A stretch of DNA of 64,000 bases from Myxococcota bacterium (GCA_022710975.1 JAKLGA010000013.1:141363-205362); one strand, 5' to 3'; shown: positions 37,577 to 46,887, numbered from the stretch's first letter. The notes: a model not told the origin generated them from the sequence alone. Numbers and translations are program-made.

Positions 37577-38928
37577 AGCGTTGGTCCACAGCGGTCCTGG
37601 CGCTCGCGCTCGCGCTCGGGCTGAGCGGCTGTTTCGGCGGCTCCAAGACCCAGCGCCGGGCCAACAAGGCCGAGCTGCAGGAGCGCCTGCGGAAGCTCGA
37701 GACCCCGGGCCTGCTGCTGGGCGAGTTCCCGCTGGCCAAGAACGCGGTGGTGGACGGCGACACCATCAAAGTGGCCGGGCTGAACGCCAGCCTGCGCCTG
37801 ACCGGCATGGACACCGAGGAGACCTTCAAGTCCGAGGGCGATAGGCGCCTGTTCGAGATGGGCTGGGAGCACTACCTCAAGACCAAGCGCGGCAAGTCCC
37901 GGCACCCGGTCAAGGCGGCCAGCCCGCTCGGCGAGGACGCCAAGAAGTTCGCCAAGGCCTTCTTCGCCGACGCGGACACGGTGCGCCTGGAGCGCGACCA
38001 CCCCAAGGAGATCCGCGACCGCTACAACCGCTACCTGGCCTACGCCTTCGCCAAGAAGAACGGCGAGTGGGTCAACTACAACGTCGAGGCGGTGCGGGCC
38101 GGCATGAGCCCGTACTTCATGAAGTACGCCTACTCGCGCCGCTTCCACGACCAGTTCGCGGCCGCCCAGCAGGAGGCCCGCGCGGCCCAGCGCGGCATCT
38201 GGAAGCCCGGCGCCATGGCCTACCCCGACTACCCCGAGCGGCTGCGCTGGTGGGAGGCGCGCGCGCGCTACATCAAGGCCTTCGAGGAGGAGGCCGAGGG
38301 CAAGGACGACTACGTCATCCTGACCCAGTGGGACTCGCTGAAGCGCCTGGAGGCCAAGCTCGATCAGCAGGTGACCGTGTTCGGCACGGTGGGGGAGATC
38401 AAGCTCGGCGACCGCGGGCCGACCGTGGCCACGCTCAGCCGGCGCATGTTCGGCGATCTGCAGATCGTCTTCTTCGACAAGGACGTGTTCCTGGGCTCCT
38501 GCATCGGCAACATGACCGGCGAGTTCGTGCGCGTGCGCGGCGCGGTCACCAAGTACCGCGACCGGTTCCGCAAGCGCGAGTACCTCCAGATCGTGGTCAA
38601 CCTGCCGGGCCAGGTGGAGTGCTGCCCGCTGGACTCCGCGTTCGCGGGCTCCGACCCGGCCCAGCCGCCCATGCCCGAGCCGCGCAAGCAGGCCGCGCCG
38701 GCGCGGGCCGAGCCGGCCAAGGCCGGGGAGCCGGCGCCCGCGGAGCCCGAGCCGCCCGAGGACGAGGACGAGACCTGGGAGCAGTGGGCCCCGCCCGCGG
38801 GGGGCGTGGGCGAGGATCCGGGCGACGAGGGCGAGGACGGGGGTGAGGACGAGGGCGCGGACACCCGCGCGGGCGGCGAGGTGGTGGGGGACGACCTGGG
38901 CGACGAATCCGGAGACCAGGCCCCGTGA
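37561..38928 (+). CDS. Staphylococcal-nuclease (SNase/thermonuclease)-like lipoprotein with extended C-terminal domain and acidic tail
   Basis: Signal MRHPLKRWSTAVLALALALGLSGC. SNase motifs VVDGDTIKV and LTGMDTEE. About 250 extra aa, then E/D/P-rich tail. Start overlaps the LTD gene end by 16 nt. Confidence 0.75.
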   Translation: MRHPLKRWSTAVLALALALGLSGCFGGSKTQRRANKAELQERLRKLETPGLLLGEFPLAKNAVVDGDTIKVAGLNASLRLTGMDTEETFKSEGDRRLFEMGWEHYLKTKRGKSRHPVKAASPLGEDAKKFAKAFFADADTVRLERDHPKEIRDRYNRYLAYAFAKKNGEWVNYNVEAVRAGMSPYFMKYAYSRRFHDQFAAAQQEARAAQRGIWKPGAMAYPDYPERLRWWEARARYIKAFEEEAEGKDDYVILTQWDSLKRLEAKLDQQVTVFGTVGEIKLGDRGPTVATLSRRMFGDLQIVFFDKDVFLGSCIGNMTGEFVRVRGAVTKYRDRFRKREYLQIVVNLPGQVECCPLDSAFAGSDPAQPPMPEPRKQAAPARAEPAKAGEPAPAEPEPPEDEDETWEQWAPPAGGVGEDPGDEGEDGGEDEGADTRAGGEVVGDDLGDESGDQAP

Positions 38929-38948
38929 GGGCCTCGGAGGGTAACGGC

Positions 38949-40682
38949 ATGCAGACGGTGCGCAAGGCGTTCGCGGGAGGGGGCTGGGTGGTGCTGGGCG
39001 GGCTCCTGCTCGCGGCGGTCGCGCTGGTGCCGGGCTGCGGCGGGGGCGGGGGAGGGGGCTGCAAGGCCAACCTGCTCGCCGGCGATCTCGCGGTCAGCGA
39101 GATCATGGCCAATCCGGCCGGCGCGGACTCGGGCAAGGAGTGGTTCGAGATCTACAACGCCACGGGCCAGACCCTCCAGCTCGAGGGGCTGACCGTGGTG
39201 CACAGCAAGGCGGACGGCACCGCGGAGAAGACCATCGCCCTGGACGAGGCCCAGGTGGCCGCGGGCGACTACTTCGTGCTGGGCGGTGCGGTGCCGGCCC
39301 TCAAGCCGACATTCATGGACTACGCCTATGGCGCCGCCCTCGGCGATCTCCGCAACACGGACGGCCAGCTGGCGCTGAGGTGCGACGCGCTGGTCATCGA
39401 TTCGGCCACCTACGCCAGCACGGCGGACGGCAGCTCCAGGGTGTTCGACGGCACCCAGGTGCCGGACGCCATCGCCAACGACACCCCCACCAAGTGGTGC
39501 GACTCCGAGGTCGAGTACGAGACCGGCTCCAAGGGCTCGCCCGGCGCGGCCAACGAGCACTGCGAGCCGGTGCTGCCGCCCGGCCAGTGCCAGGACGGCG
39601 CGAACCAGCGCGCGGTCCGGCCGCCGGCCGCGGGCAGCCTGGTGATCAACGAATACATGCCCGATCCGGCCACCCCTGTGGACGACGTAGTCGGCGAGTG
39701 GATCGAGCTCTACACCAGCGCGGACTTCGATCTGAACGGGCTGGAGCTCGGCAAGCTCCCGCCCGACATCGCCCAGACCCTGCCCAACGCCGACTGCGTC
39801 CCCATCCTGGCCGGCACCTACGTGGTGCTGGCCAGGAACGCGGACTCCGCCACCAATGGTGGGTTGCCCCGGGTGGACGCGTTGCTGACCATGTCCCTAT
39901 CCAACGACGCGGTCACGGGCATCTTCGTGGGCTACGGGGGCCAGGTGCTGGACGCCATCACCTACACCTCCTCCGACACCGGCGCCTCGACCGCCCTGGA
40001 TCCGACCAAGCGCAACCCGACCGACAACGATCAGGCCGGGTTCTGGTGCGAGGGAACAGATACCTATGGCGCAGGAAACAAGGGCACGCCCGGCGCGGCC
40101 AACCCCTCCTGCGGCATCATCACCCCGGGCATGTGCCTGGAGGGCGGGGTGGAGCGGGCCAAGGTGGCCCCGGCCGCCGGGGACCTGGTCATCAACGAGC
40201 TCATGGCCAACCCGGCCGCGGTGGAAGACACGGACGGCGAGTGGTTCGAGCTGTACGTGGGCCGGGACGTGGATCTGAACGGCCTGCAGCTCGGCCGCGC
40301 CGTGGGTGTGGTGAGCCTGACGCTCCCGGAGGGCGAGTGCCGCCGGGTGACCGCCGGCAGCCACGTGCTGTTCGCCCAGGAGACCGACCCGCTGGTGAAC
40401 GGCGGCCTCCCGGCCGTGGACGTGCAGCTCACCTTCGCCCTGGTGAACGGCAGCGCGGCCACCCCGGGCACCCTGTTCGTCGGGCTGGCCGGCGCGGTGC
40501 TGGACGACATCAGCTGGACGGGCTCGGACAGCGGCGTGGCCTCGAGCCTGAACCCCGCGGCCCGCAACCCGACCGACAACAACCTGCCCGCGTCCTGGTG
40601 CCCGGCGGTGAACGACTACGGCACGGGCGACCCGACCAAGGACAAGGGCACCCCGGGCGCGGCCAATCCGGCCTGTCCCTGA
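38949..40682 (+). CDS. Triple lamin-tail-domain (3xLTD) lipoprotein
   Basis: ATG preceded by GGAGGG. Signal ...LLLAAVALVPGC. Three LTD repeats (LAVSEIMANP...EWFEIYN, LVINEYMPDP...EWIELYT, LVINELMANP...EWFELYV), each followed by the same about 50-aa Cys-pair segment. Confidence 0.75.
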   Translation: MQTVRKAFAGGGWVVLGGLLLAAVALVPGCGGGGGGGCKANLLAGDLAVSEIMANPAGADSGKEWFEIYNATGQTLQLEGLTVVHSKADGTAEKTIALDEAQVAAGDYFVLGGAVPALKPTFMDYAYGAALGDLRNTDGQLALRCDALVIDSATYASTADGSSRVFDGTQVPDAIANDTPTKWCDSEVEYETGSKGSPGAANEHCEPVLPPGQCQDGANQRAVRPPAAGSLVINEYMPDPATPVDDVVGEWIELYTSADFDLNGLELGKLPPDIAQTLPNADCVPILAGTYVVLARNADSATNGGLPRVDALLTMSLSNDAVTGIFVGYGGQVLDAITYTSSDTGASTALDPTKRNPTDNDQAGFWCEGTDTYGAGNKGTPGAANPSCGIITPGMCLEGGVERAKVAPAAGDLVINELMANPAAVEDTDGEWFELYVGRDVDLNGLQLGRAVGVVSLTLPEGECRRVTAGSHVLFAQETDPLVNGGLPAVDVQLTFALVNGSAATPGTLFVGLAGAVLDDISWTGSDSGVASSLNPAARNPTDNNLPASWCPAVNDYGTGDPTKDKGTPGAANPACP

Positions 40683-40689
40683 GGGCCGC

Positions 40690-41154
40690 ATGCGCTGGGC
40701 TCTCCTGCTCCTCGGCCTCGGGCTCGCGGCCTGCGACGGCGGCGGCGGCGGGGAGAAGGCCGTCGTGGAGCGCATCATCGACGGCGACACGGTCGAGCTG
40801 CAGGACGGCCAGCGCCTGCGCTACCTGATGATCGACACCCCCGAGACCACGGGCGGCGCCACCGACTGCTACGGCCAGGAGGCCAAGGACTTCAACACCC
40901 AGCTCGTGCTCGGCCAGGAGGTGGAGCTCACCTTCGATGTCGAGCGCACCGACAACTTCGGGCGGCTACTGGCCTACGTGTCGGTGGCCGGGCGCGAGGT
41001 GAACACCCTCATGGTCGAGCGGGGCTACGCCTGCGTGCTCCTGATCCCGCCCAACGGCGAGGATCGCCGGGTGGAGTTCGAAAATTTAGAGATGGAGGCG
41101 CGCGGGTTCGGCCGCGGGATGTGGGGGGCGTGCGAGGTGGTAACTTGTGACTAG
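40690..41154 (+). CDS. SNase-like thermonuclease lipoprotein
   Basis: Signal MRWALLLLGLGLAAC. IIDGDTVEL, YLMIDTPE, GRLLAYV. 154 aa. Confidence 0.75.
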   Translation: MRWALLLLGLGLAACDGGGGGEKAVVERIIDGDTVELQDGQRLRYLMIDTPETTGGATDCYGQEAKDFNTQLVLGQEVELTFDVERTDNFGRLLAYVSVAGREVNTLMVERGYACVLLIPPNGEDRRVEFENLEMEARGFGRGMWGACEVVTCD

Positions 41155-41161
41155 AGAGGCT

Positions 41162-41722
41162 TCAGGGCGCGGTCGCCGCCCGGGTACAGCGGGCCGGCCT
41201 CTCCGGCGGCCCGGGGTAGGGGTAGCGGCCGGCCAGGCCGTCCGCCACCAGGCGCTCGTTGAGGTTCACCTTCTTGCACACCACGTAGCCCAGCCTCCGG
41301 CCGTAGGCGTCGCTGTCCGAGCCGGTCACCTCCACCTGCGCGCCCTCGGGGCAGAGTTCCCTGGCGCGCGCCGTGGCCAGCTTGCCGCAGGCCAGCACAT
41401 CCTCGTAGGTCAGGCCCCACTGGCGCGCCTGGCGCCGGGCCCGGGCGCGGGAGTTCCGGTCGAAGCCGCTCTCGGCCGTGTCGACGCCCACCAGGCGCAC
41501 CGCCACGTCCGGCCCGCCGTCGGAGCAGCGCACGTAGGGCGTGTCGCCGTCCTCCCACTCCACCAGCAGGCAGGGCATGGGGGGCGCCTCCCGGGACAGC
41601 TCCTCGAGGGTGGGGATGGGCGCGGGCGGACGATCGCCGAACGGGGAGTCCGAGGCGTCCCCGTCGGTGGCGCAGGCCGCGGGCAGCGCGAGAAACACCA
41701 TGGCTAGCTTGGAGATCCCCAT
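41162..41722 (-). CDS. SNase-like thermonuclease (third copy), probably a lipoprotein starting at an internal ATG around 41701
   Basis: WEDGDTPYV, LVGVDTAE, RRLGYVV motifs. MVFLALPAACATDG looks like the true signal and lipobox. Confidence 0.65.
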   Translation of the reverse strand: MGISKLAMVFLALPAACATDGDASDSPFGDRPPAPIPTLEELSREAPPMPCLLVEWEDGDTPYVRCSDGGPDVAVRLVGVDTAESGFDRNSRARARRQARQWGLTYEDVLACGKLATARARELCPEGAQVEVTGSDSDAYGRRLGYVVCKKVNLNERLVADGLAGRYPYPGPPERPARCTRAATAP

Positions 41723-43880
41723 GACGCGACGGTACTCCCTTACGCTCCTGGCGGCAACCCTGACGCTGCTCGGCCTGGGCGGCCCGAGCGCGCGGGCCGT
41801 GGACTACGGCGTGTTCGTCGAGGTGGAGACCGAGGAGGACATCCTCGACCTCCTGGCGGCCGGCGATCTCGACGAGGACGACGCCGAGACGCTGATCGAG
41901 CTCCTGGCGCAGGGGCTGGTGCTCGACCGGGCCAGCCGCGAGGAGCTGTACGCGCTGCCGAACCTGTCCTACGCGGACGTGGACGCCATCCTGGACTACC
42001 GCAAGGACGCCGGGGTGATCCCGGACCCGATGAACCTGGTGGTGGGCGGGGCCCTGGACGAGAAGAAGCTGCTGGCCATCGCCCCCTTCCTGGTGATCGA
42101 GGAGGAGGAGCCGGGCACCTTCCCCACCAAGGGCCGCTTCCGCTATCGCACGGCCTACGTGGCCGGGGACGAGAAGGTCCCCAGCATGATGCTGTCGGCC
42201 AGGGTGTCCACCCTGAAGAACCTGGACATCGGGCTGGTGGGCGTGCTGACCCACGGCCGGATCGGCGACGTCCGCTACGATCCCAACCGCGACGCGCTCT
42301 CGGCCGAGGGGCCGGCCGTGCGGGCGCACCTGCCCAAGTTCTACCTCCAGTGGGACACCACGAGCTGGCAGGTGGCGGCCGGGACCTACCGCATCGGCTT
42401 CGGCCAGCGGCTGACCTTCGACAACACCACGGCCTACACCCCGAACGGCATCAAGCTGGACGAGACCATCAACATGGCCCAGGACCTCGCCAACCAGTGC
42501 CGGGAGACCGCGGGTGAGCTGCCCAGCCCGTGCCTGGACGAGGACTACTACCAGTACGGCGCGCCCGACTACCGCTGGACCGACCGGCTGCGGGGCATCG
42601 CGGCCGGCTTCAAGCACGCCGAGGCCGGCCCGGGCTGGTTCCAGGGCTACGGCTTCCTGAGCTTCCAGACCCACAGCCCCACGCAGTACCAGATCTACCG
42701 CCCGGATCACTGCGACGACCCCTTCTCGGACGATTCCGAGTGCTCCGCGCCGGATCTGTTCCTGCGCCGCGGCGACCTGCTCGCCGACACCACCGAGCTG
42801 AAGTGGGCCGTGCTGCCGGACATGTTCAACGAGCTGCTGGGCGGGGCCAACGTGGCCTACTTCTTCAATCGCCGCACCCACGTGGGGGTGACCGGCTACG
42901 GGGCCGACCTGTACTGGCTGACGGAGGGCATCCAGCTCGACCTCCAGGACTGGGCGCGCCTGCCCTTCGGCGGGCCGTTCGGCGCGGTGGGGGTGGACGC
43001 GGCCTGGGGCCACGAGGTGATCGACCTCTTCCTGGAGCTCACCCGCTCCTTCGACTCCCAGCCCGCGGGCGGCGGCTGGGCCGCGCTGCTGCGCGGCACC
43101 GCCACCTGGAAGAAGCACGAGTTCGAGGCCACCGCGCGCTACTTCGACCAGGACTTCAACAACCCCTACGCCCGGCCCATCGCCGCGGACGACCAGTACC
43201 AGGGCCTGCGGGCCTCGGACGAGGCCGGGGTGAAGCTGAAGTACACCGGCGACCTGGGCGACCTCGATCTGCGCGCCGCGCTCGATGTGTGGGCCCAGCT
43301 CTCGGGCGAGATCCCGCGGACCTTCCTGTACCTGCGCGCCAGCTACGAGGTCGAGGAGTGGTTCAAGCCCGGGCTGTACTTCGACTACAGGGACAAGGAT
43401 CTCAGCGACACCGGCCGGGACAACTGCTACGTGGGCGAGGACTACGAGGACGAGGGGACCGGGGAGCCGACCGACTGCAAGGGTGAGAAGATCCGGGTCG
43501 GGCTGGAGCTCAAGTTCCAGCCGCTCAAGCGCCTGGGGATCACCGCCAAGTACCAGCACGGCTGGGTGGACGACGGCGGCACGTACTACCCGGACTCCAG
43601 GCGCCAGGACATCTCGGCCTGGGTGATCGCCATGTACAAGCCCATCGACGGGGTGCGGCTGCGCCTCCGGGTGCGCTACCTGAACGAGGGCATCGCCGAG
43701 AACGACTACCTGGAGCAGTCGGTGTGGGCGTACCTCGAGGGCTCCTACTGGTACGAGCGCTACTTCGGGGTGAAGCTGCGCTACGAGCTGTACGCCATCG
43801 TGGACGAGCGCGACAGCACCCAGCAGCGCTCCCCCAACCCCGCCCACTGGCTCCGGCTGGAGCTCGAGTACCGCTTCTGA
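41721..43880 (+). CDS. Large outer-membrane beta-barrel protein with N-terminal ComEA-like helix-hairpin-helix
   Basis: Signal MTRRYSLTLLAATLTLLGLGGPSARA. ASREELYALPNLSYADVDAILDYRKDAGVIPDPMNLV aligns with the ComEA HhH consensus. About 600 aa of alternating aromatic beta strands ending ...LELEYRF. Confidence 0.65.
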   Translation: MTRRYSLTLLAATLTLLGLGGPSARAVDYGVFVEVETEEDILDLLAAGDLDEDDAETLIELLAQGLVLDRASREELYALPNLSYADVDAILDYRKDAGVIPDPMNLVVGGALDEKKLLAIAPFLVIEEEEPGTFPTKGRFRYRTAYVAGDEKVPSMMLSARVSTLKNLDIGLVGVLTHGRIGDVRYDPNRDALSAEGPAVRAHLPKFYLQWDTTSWQVAAGTYRIGFGQRLTFDNTTAYTPNGIKLDETINMAQDLANQCRETAGELPSPCLDEDYYQYGAPDYRWTDRLRGIAAGFKHAEAGPGWFQGYGFLSFQTHSPTQYQIYRPDHCDDPFSDDSECSAPDLFLRRGDLLADTTELKWAVLPDMFNELLGGANVAYFFNRRTHVGVTGYGADLYWLTEGIQLDLQDWARLPFGGPFGAVGVDAAWGHEVIDLFLELTRSFDSQPAGGGWAALLRGTATWKKHEFEATARYFDQDFNNPYARPIAADDQYQGLRASDEAGVKLKYTGDLGDLDLRAALDVWAQLSGEIPRTFLYLRASYEVEEWFKPGLYFDYRDKDLSDTGRDNCYVGEDYEDEGTGEPTDCKGEKIRVGLELKFQPLKRLGITAKYQHGWVDDGGTYYPDSRRQDISAWVIAMYKPIDGVRLRLRVRYLNEGIAENDYLEQSVWAYLEGSYWYERYFGVKLRYELYAIVDERDSTQQRSPNPAHWLRLELEYRF

Positions 43881-43909
43881 TTCGCTCCCACCCCCGAGGA
43901 GGTTGCCCC

Positions 43910-44722
43910 ATGTCCGTGCTGGAAGTGACCCGCGAGGGCGCGGTCGCCACCCTGTGGCTGGCGAGCGCCGACCGCCACAACGCCATGGGCCTCGACTTCT
44001 TCAGCGAGCTGCCGGCCCGGGTGGCCGAGCTCGACGCCGACCCGGGCGTGCGCGCTGTGGTGGTGGCCGCGCGCGGGCGGGACTTCTCCGTGGGGCTGGA
44101 TCTCCGCGGCGGGCTGGGGGACGGCTTCGCCGAGATCCTGCAGGGCGGCCTGGCCGGGGTGCGCCAGCGCCTGTACAAGCTCGTCCACGAGCTGCAGTCC
44201 GGCTTCAACGCCATCCACGACAGCCCCAAGCCCTACCTGGCCGCCATCCACGGCTGGTGCGTGGGCGGCGGGCTCGACCTGGCCGCGGCCTGCGATCTGC
44301 GCTACGCCACCCGGGACGCGCGCTTCTCCTTGCGCGAGACGCGCATGGCCATGGTGGCTGACCTCGGCTCGCTCCAGCGCCTGCCCGGTATCCTGGGCCA
44401 GGGCCAGCTCCGCGAGATCGCCTTCACCGGGCGCGACTTCTCCGCCGAGGAGGCCCTGGGCATGGGCCTGGTGAACGGGCTCCACGACGGCGGCGAGGCG
44501 CTGGTCGCGGGCGCGCAGGAGAAGGCCCGGGAGATCGCGGCCAACTCCCCGCTCGCCGTGCAGGGCGCCAAGCGGGTGCTGAACCGGCTGGACGAGGCCC
44601 AGCGCCGCGAGGCGCTCGACTACGTGGCGCTGTGGAACGCGGCCCACTTCGCCTCCCAGGATCTCCTGGAGGCCTTCGCCGCTTTCGCGGAGAAGCGCGC
44701 CCCCGAGTTCAAGGGCGAGTGA
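43910..44722 (+). CDS. Enoyl-CoA hydratase/isomerase (crotonase) family protein
   Basis: ATG preceded by GAGGAGG. Oxyanion-hole and crotonase motifs AARGRDFSVGLDL and IHGWCVGGGLDLAAACDLRYA. Confidence 0.8.
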   Translation: MSVLEVTREGAVATLWLASADRHNAMGLDFFSELPARVAELDADPGVRAVVVAARGRDFSVGLDLRGGLGDGFAEILQGGLAGVRQRLYKLVHELQSGFNAIHDSPKPYLAAIHGWCVGGGLDLAAACDLRYATRDARFSLRETRMAMVADLGSLQRLPGILGQGQLREIAFTGRDFSAEEALGMGLVNGLHDGGEALVAGAQEKAREIAANSPLAVQGAKRVLNRLDEAQRREALDYVALWNAAHFASQDLLEAFAAFAEKRAPEFKGE

Positions 44723-44734
44723 GCGGGGGCGCGG

Positions 44735-45163
44735 GTGCGGGTGCGCGAGGTCACCTGGGCCGCGGAGGGCGAGCGGCTGTGGGCGCTGCGCGAGGCGGTC
44801 TTCGTGCGCGAGCAGGCCGTGCCCCCGTCCCTCGAGTGGGACGGGCTGGACGAGCGAGCCCGCCACTTCCTGGCCGAGGACGACGCCGGGGACGGGCAGA
44901 GCCTGGCGCTCGGCACGGCCCGGCTGCTCGAGGACGGGCACGTGGGCCGGGTGTGCGTGCTGGCCCCGGCCCGCGGGCGCGGGGTGGGCGGCGCGCTCCT
45001 GCGGGCCGCGGTGGCGGCCGCCCGGGCCGCCGGCGCTCCCCGGGTGTGGCTCACCGCCCAGGTGCGCGCCATCCCCTTCTACGAGGCCCACGGCTTCACG
45101 GCCGAGGGGCCGGAGTTCGACGACGCCGGCATCCCCCACCGGCTCATGGTCCTGCAACGCTGA
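44735..45163 (+). CDS. GNAT family N-acetyltransferase
   Basis: 142 aa, GTG start. Acetyl-CoA motif VCVLAPARGRGVGGALLRAAV. Confidence 0.7.
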   Translation: MRVREVTWAAEGERLWALREAVFVREQAVPPSLEWDGLDERARHFLAEDDAGDGQSLALGTARLLEDGHVGRVCVLAPARGRGVGGALLRAAVAAARAAGAPRVWLTAQVRAIPFYEAHGFTAEGPEFDDAGIPHRLMVLQR

Positions 45164-45342
45164 TCCAGATCGGTGCAGCCGCACCAGACGCGCTGCTCGC
45201 ATCCGGCCCTCCGCCGCAGGGCGCGGGCGCACGCCTCCCCGAACCCCGCCGCGGGGCACGGATTCCAGCGCTGGCCGCGGCTGGCACGCCGCTCGCAATG
45301 CTCCCGGATCGGAAGGCGAACGGAAGCGGGAAGGAGGCGGCC

Positions 45343-46887
45343 ATGCGGTTCCCCATCGAGGTGAAGGCGGTCATGCGCGGGGCCCTGGTGGTGTGCGCGG
45401 GCGAGGAGCAGGTGGCGGTCGGCTTCCCCGAGGAGGTGGTCAAGGCCTGGATGCGCGCGGGTCTCCAGCCCACCGCCTGGGTGGTGCCGGACGTCCGCTG
45501 CGCGGACGGCCTGGTGCAGTGGGCGCTCGAGTTCCCCCTGTACCACGCGCTGTTCGTGCGGAACCTGTTCGCCCAGGGCAAGAAGATCCCGGTGCTGGTG
45601 CAGGAGCGCGACTGGCCCGACGTGGTGGAGTACCTGCGGCTCAGCCTGCTGGGGCTCGAGCGGCCGGAGCTGCTGGCGGCCGGGCTCACGGCCGAGCTGG
45701 CCGACCAGCTGCTCGCCGAGCGCGCGGCGCTGGCGCTGAAGCGCGGGGATGGCGAGCTCGCCCGCCTGGAGGACTTCCTGGAGCCGCGCTTCTTCGACGC
45801 CGGGGGCGTGGCCGCGGTCGGTCCGCTGCGGGTCCGGGCCCACGGACAGAACACCTTCTCCTTCTCCAGCGCGGACGACCGGGTGGAGGCGGTGCGCCTG
45901 GAGGCCGGCGCGGCCGAGCCGCCCTGGGCCCGGCCTCCCGTCCCGGCCACGCCGCAGCCGGTCTCCAGCTCGCAGCCCTTCGTGCGGGTGCTGGGCAGCT
46001 CGACCGGCTTCGATCCGGACGGCCCCTGCACCAGCCTGCTGGTGCAGGCCCAGGGCCGGCTGGTGCTGGTGGACGCCGGCCCCCACGTGCGGGCGCTGCT
46101 CACCCAGGCCTGGGCGAGCCCCGCCGCGCTGCAGGCGGTGATCCTCACCCACGCCCACGAGGATCACGCGGTGGGCCTGTCCGCCCTGCTGGGCGGCCCG
46201 CGCAGGCTCCGGCTCTTCGCCACCCCGGAGGTGCTGGAGGTACTGCGGCGGAAACTCGCCATCCTGAACCCGGGGCTCGGCGATCCGGGCCGGCTGCTCG
46301 AGGACTCCTTCGAGCCCTGCCCGGTGGAGCCGGGCGTGGCGCTGGACTTCCAGGGGCTGGGATTGCGCTTCCACCGCACCCTCCACAGCATCCCCTGCGC
46401 CGGGGTGGAGCTGCGGCTGGAGGTGGGCGGCGTCGAGCGCCGGGTGCTGGTGCAGGGCGACTGCGTCAGCCGGGCCCGGTTCCAGGAGCTAGCCGCGGCC
46501 GGGGTGCTCTCGCCCGCCAGGCGGCGGGAGCTCGAGGCCCTGTGGAGCTGGCAGGGCGACCTGGTGTTCGCCGACACGGGCGGGGGAGCGCTGCACGGCC
46601 AGGCCGGGGACTTCGCCGCCCTCCCGGGGCGCCGCGTGGTGTGCGTGCACGCCGCCAGCCTGCCCGAGGCCGGGCGCCAGGGGCACACCCTGGCCGCCCC
46701 CGGCGATCGTTTCGGGCTGGGCCTGGAGGTGGGCGCGGTGCGGCTGCGCTCCGGGACGCGCCACCCGGCCCGCCGCCGGCCGCGGCCGGTCGCCCGCCGC
46801 CGCGGCCAGCCGCGCGAGGTCCTGGCCACCCGCGAGGAGATGGCCCTCCTGGGGGCGGCCATCAAGGATCAGGAGAAGGCCTCTTGA
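45343..46887 (+). CDS. MBL-fold metallo-hydrolase with about 200-aa N-terminal domain of unknown function
   Basis: ATG preceded by GGAAGGAGG. MBL motifs LVLVDAGP and VILTHAHEDH. N-terminal domain has no recognisable family. Confidence 0.7.
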   Translation: MRFPIEVKAVMRGALVVCAGEEQVAVGFPEEVVKAWMRAGLQPTAWVVPDVRCADGLVQWALEFPLYHALFVRNLFAQGKKIPVLVQERDWPDVVEYLRLSLLGLERPELLAAGLTAELADQLLAERAALALKRGDGELARLEDFLEPRFFDAGGVAAVGPLRVRAHGQNTFSFSSADDRVEAVRLEAGAAEPPWARPPVPATPQPVSSSQPFVRVLGSSTGFDPDGPCTSLLVQAQGRLVLVDAGPHVRALLTQAWASPAALQAVILTHAHEDHAVGLSALLGGPRRLRLFATPEVLEVLRRKLAILNPGLGDPGRLLEDSFEPCPVEPGVALDFQGLGLRFHRTLHSIPCAGVELRLEVGGVERRVLVQGDCVSRARFQELAAAGVLSPARRRELEALWSWQGDLVFADTGGGALHGQAGDFAALPGRRVVCVHAASLPEAGRQGHTLAAPGDRFGLGLEVGAVRLRSGTRHPARRRPRPVARRRGQPREVLATREEMALLGAAIKDQEKAS

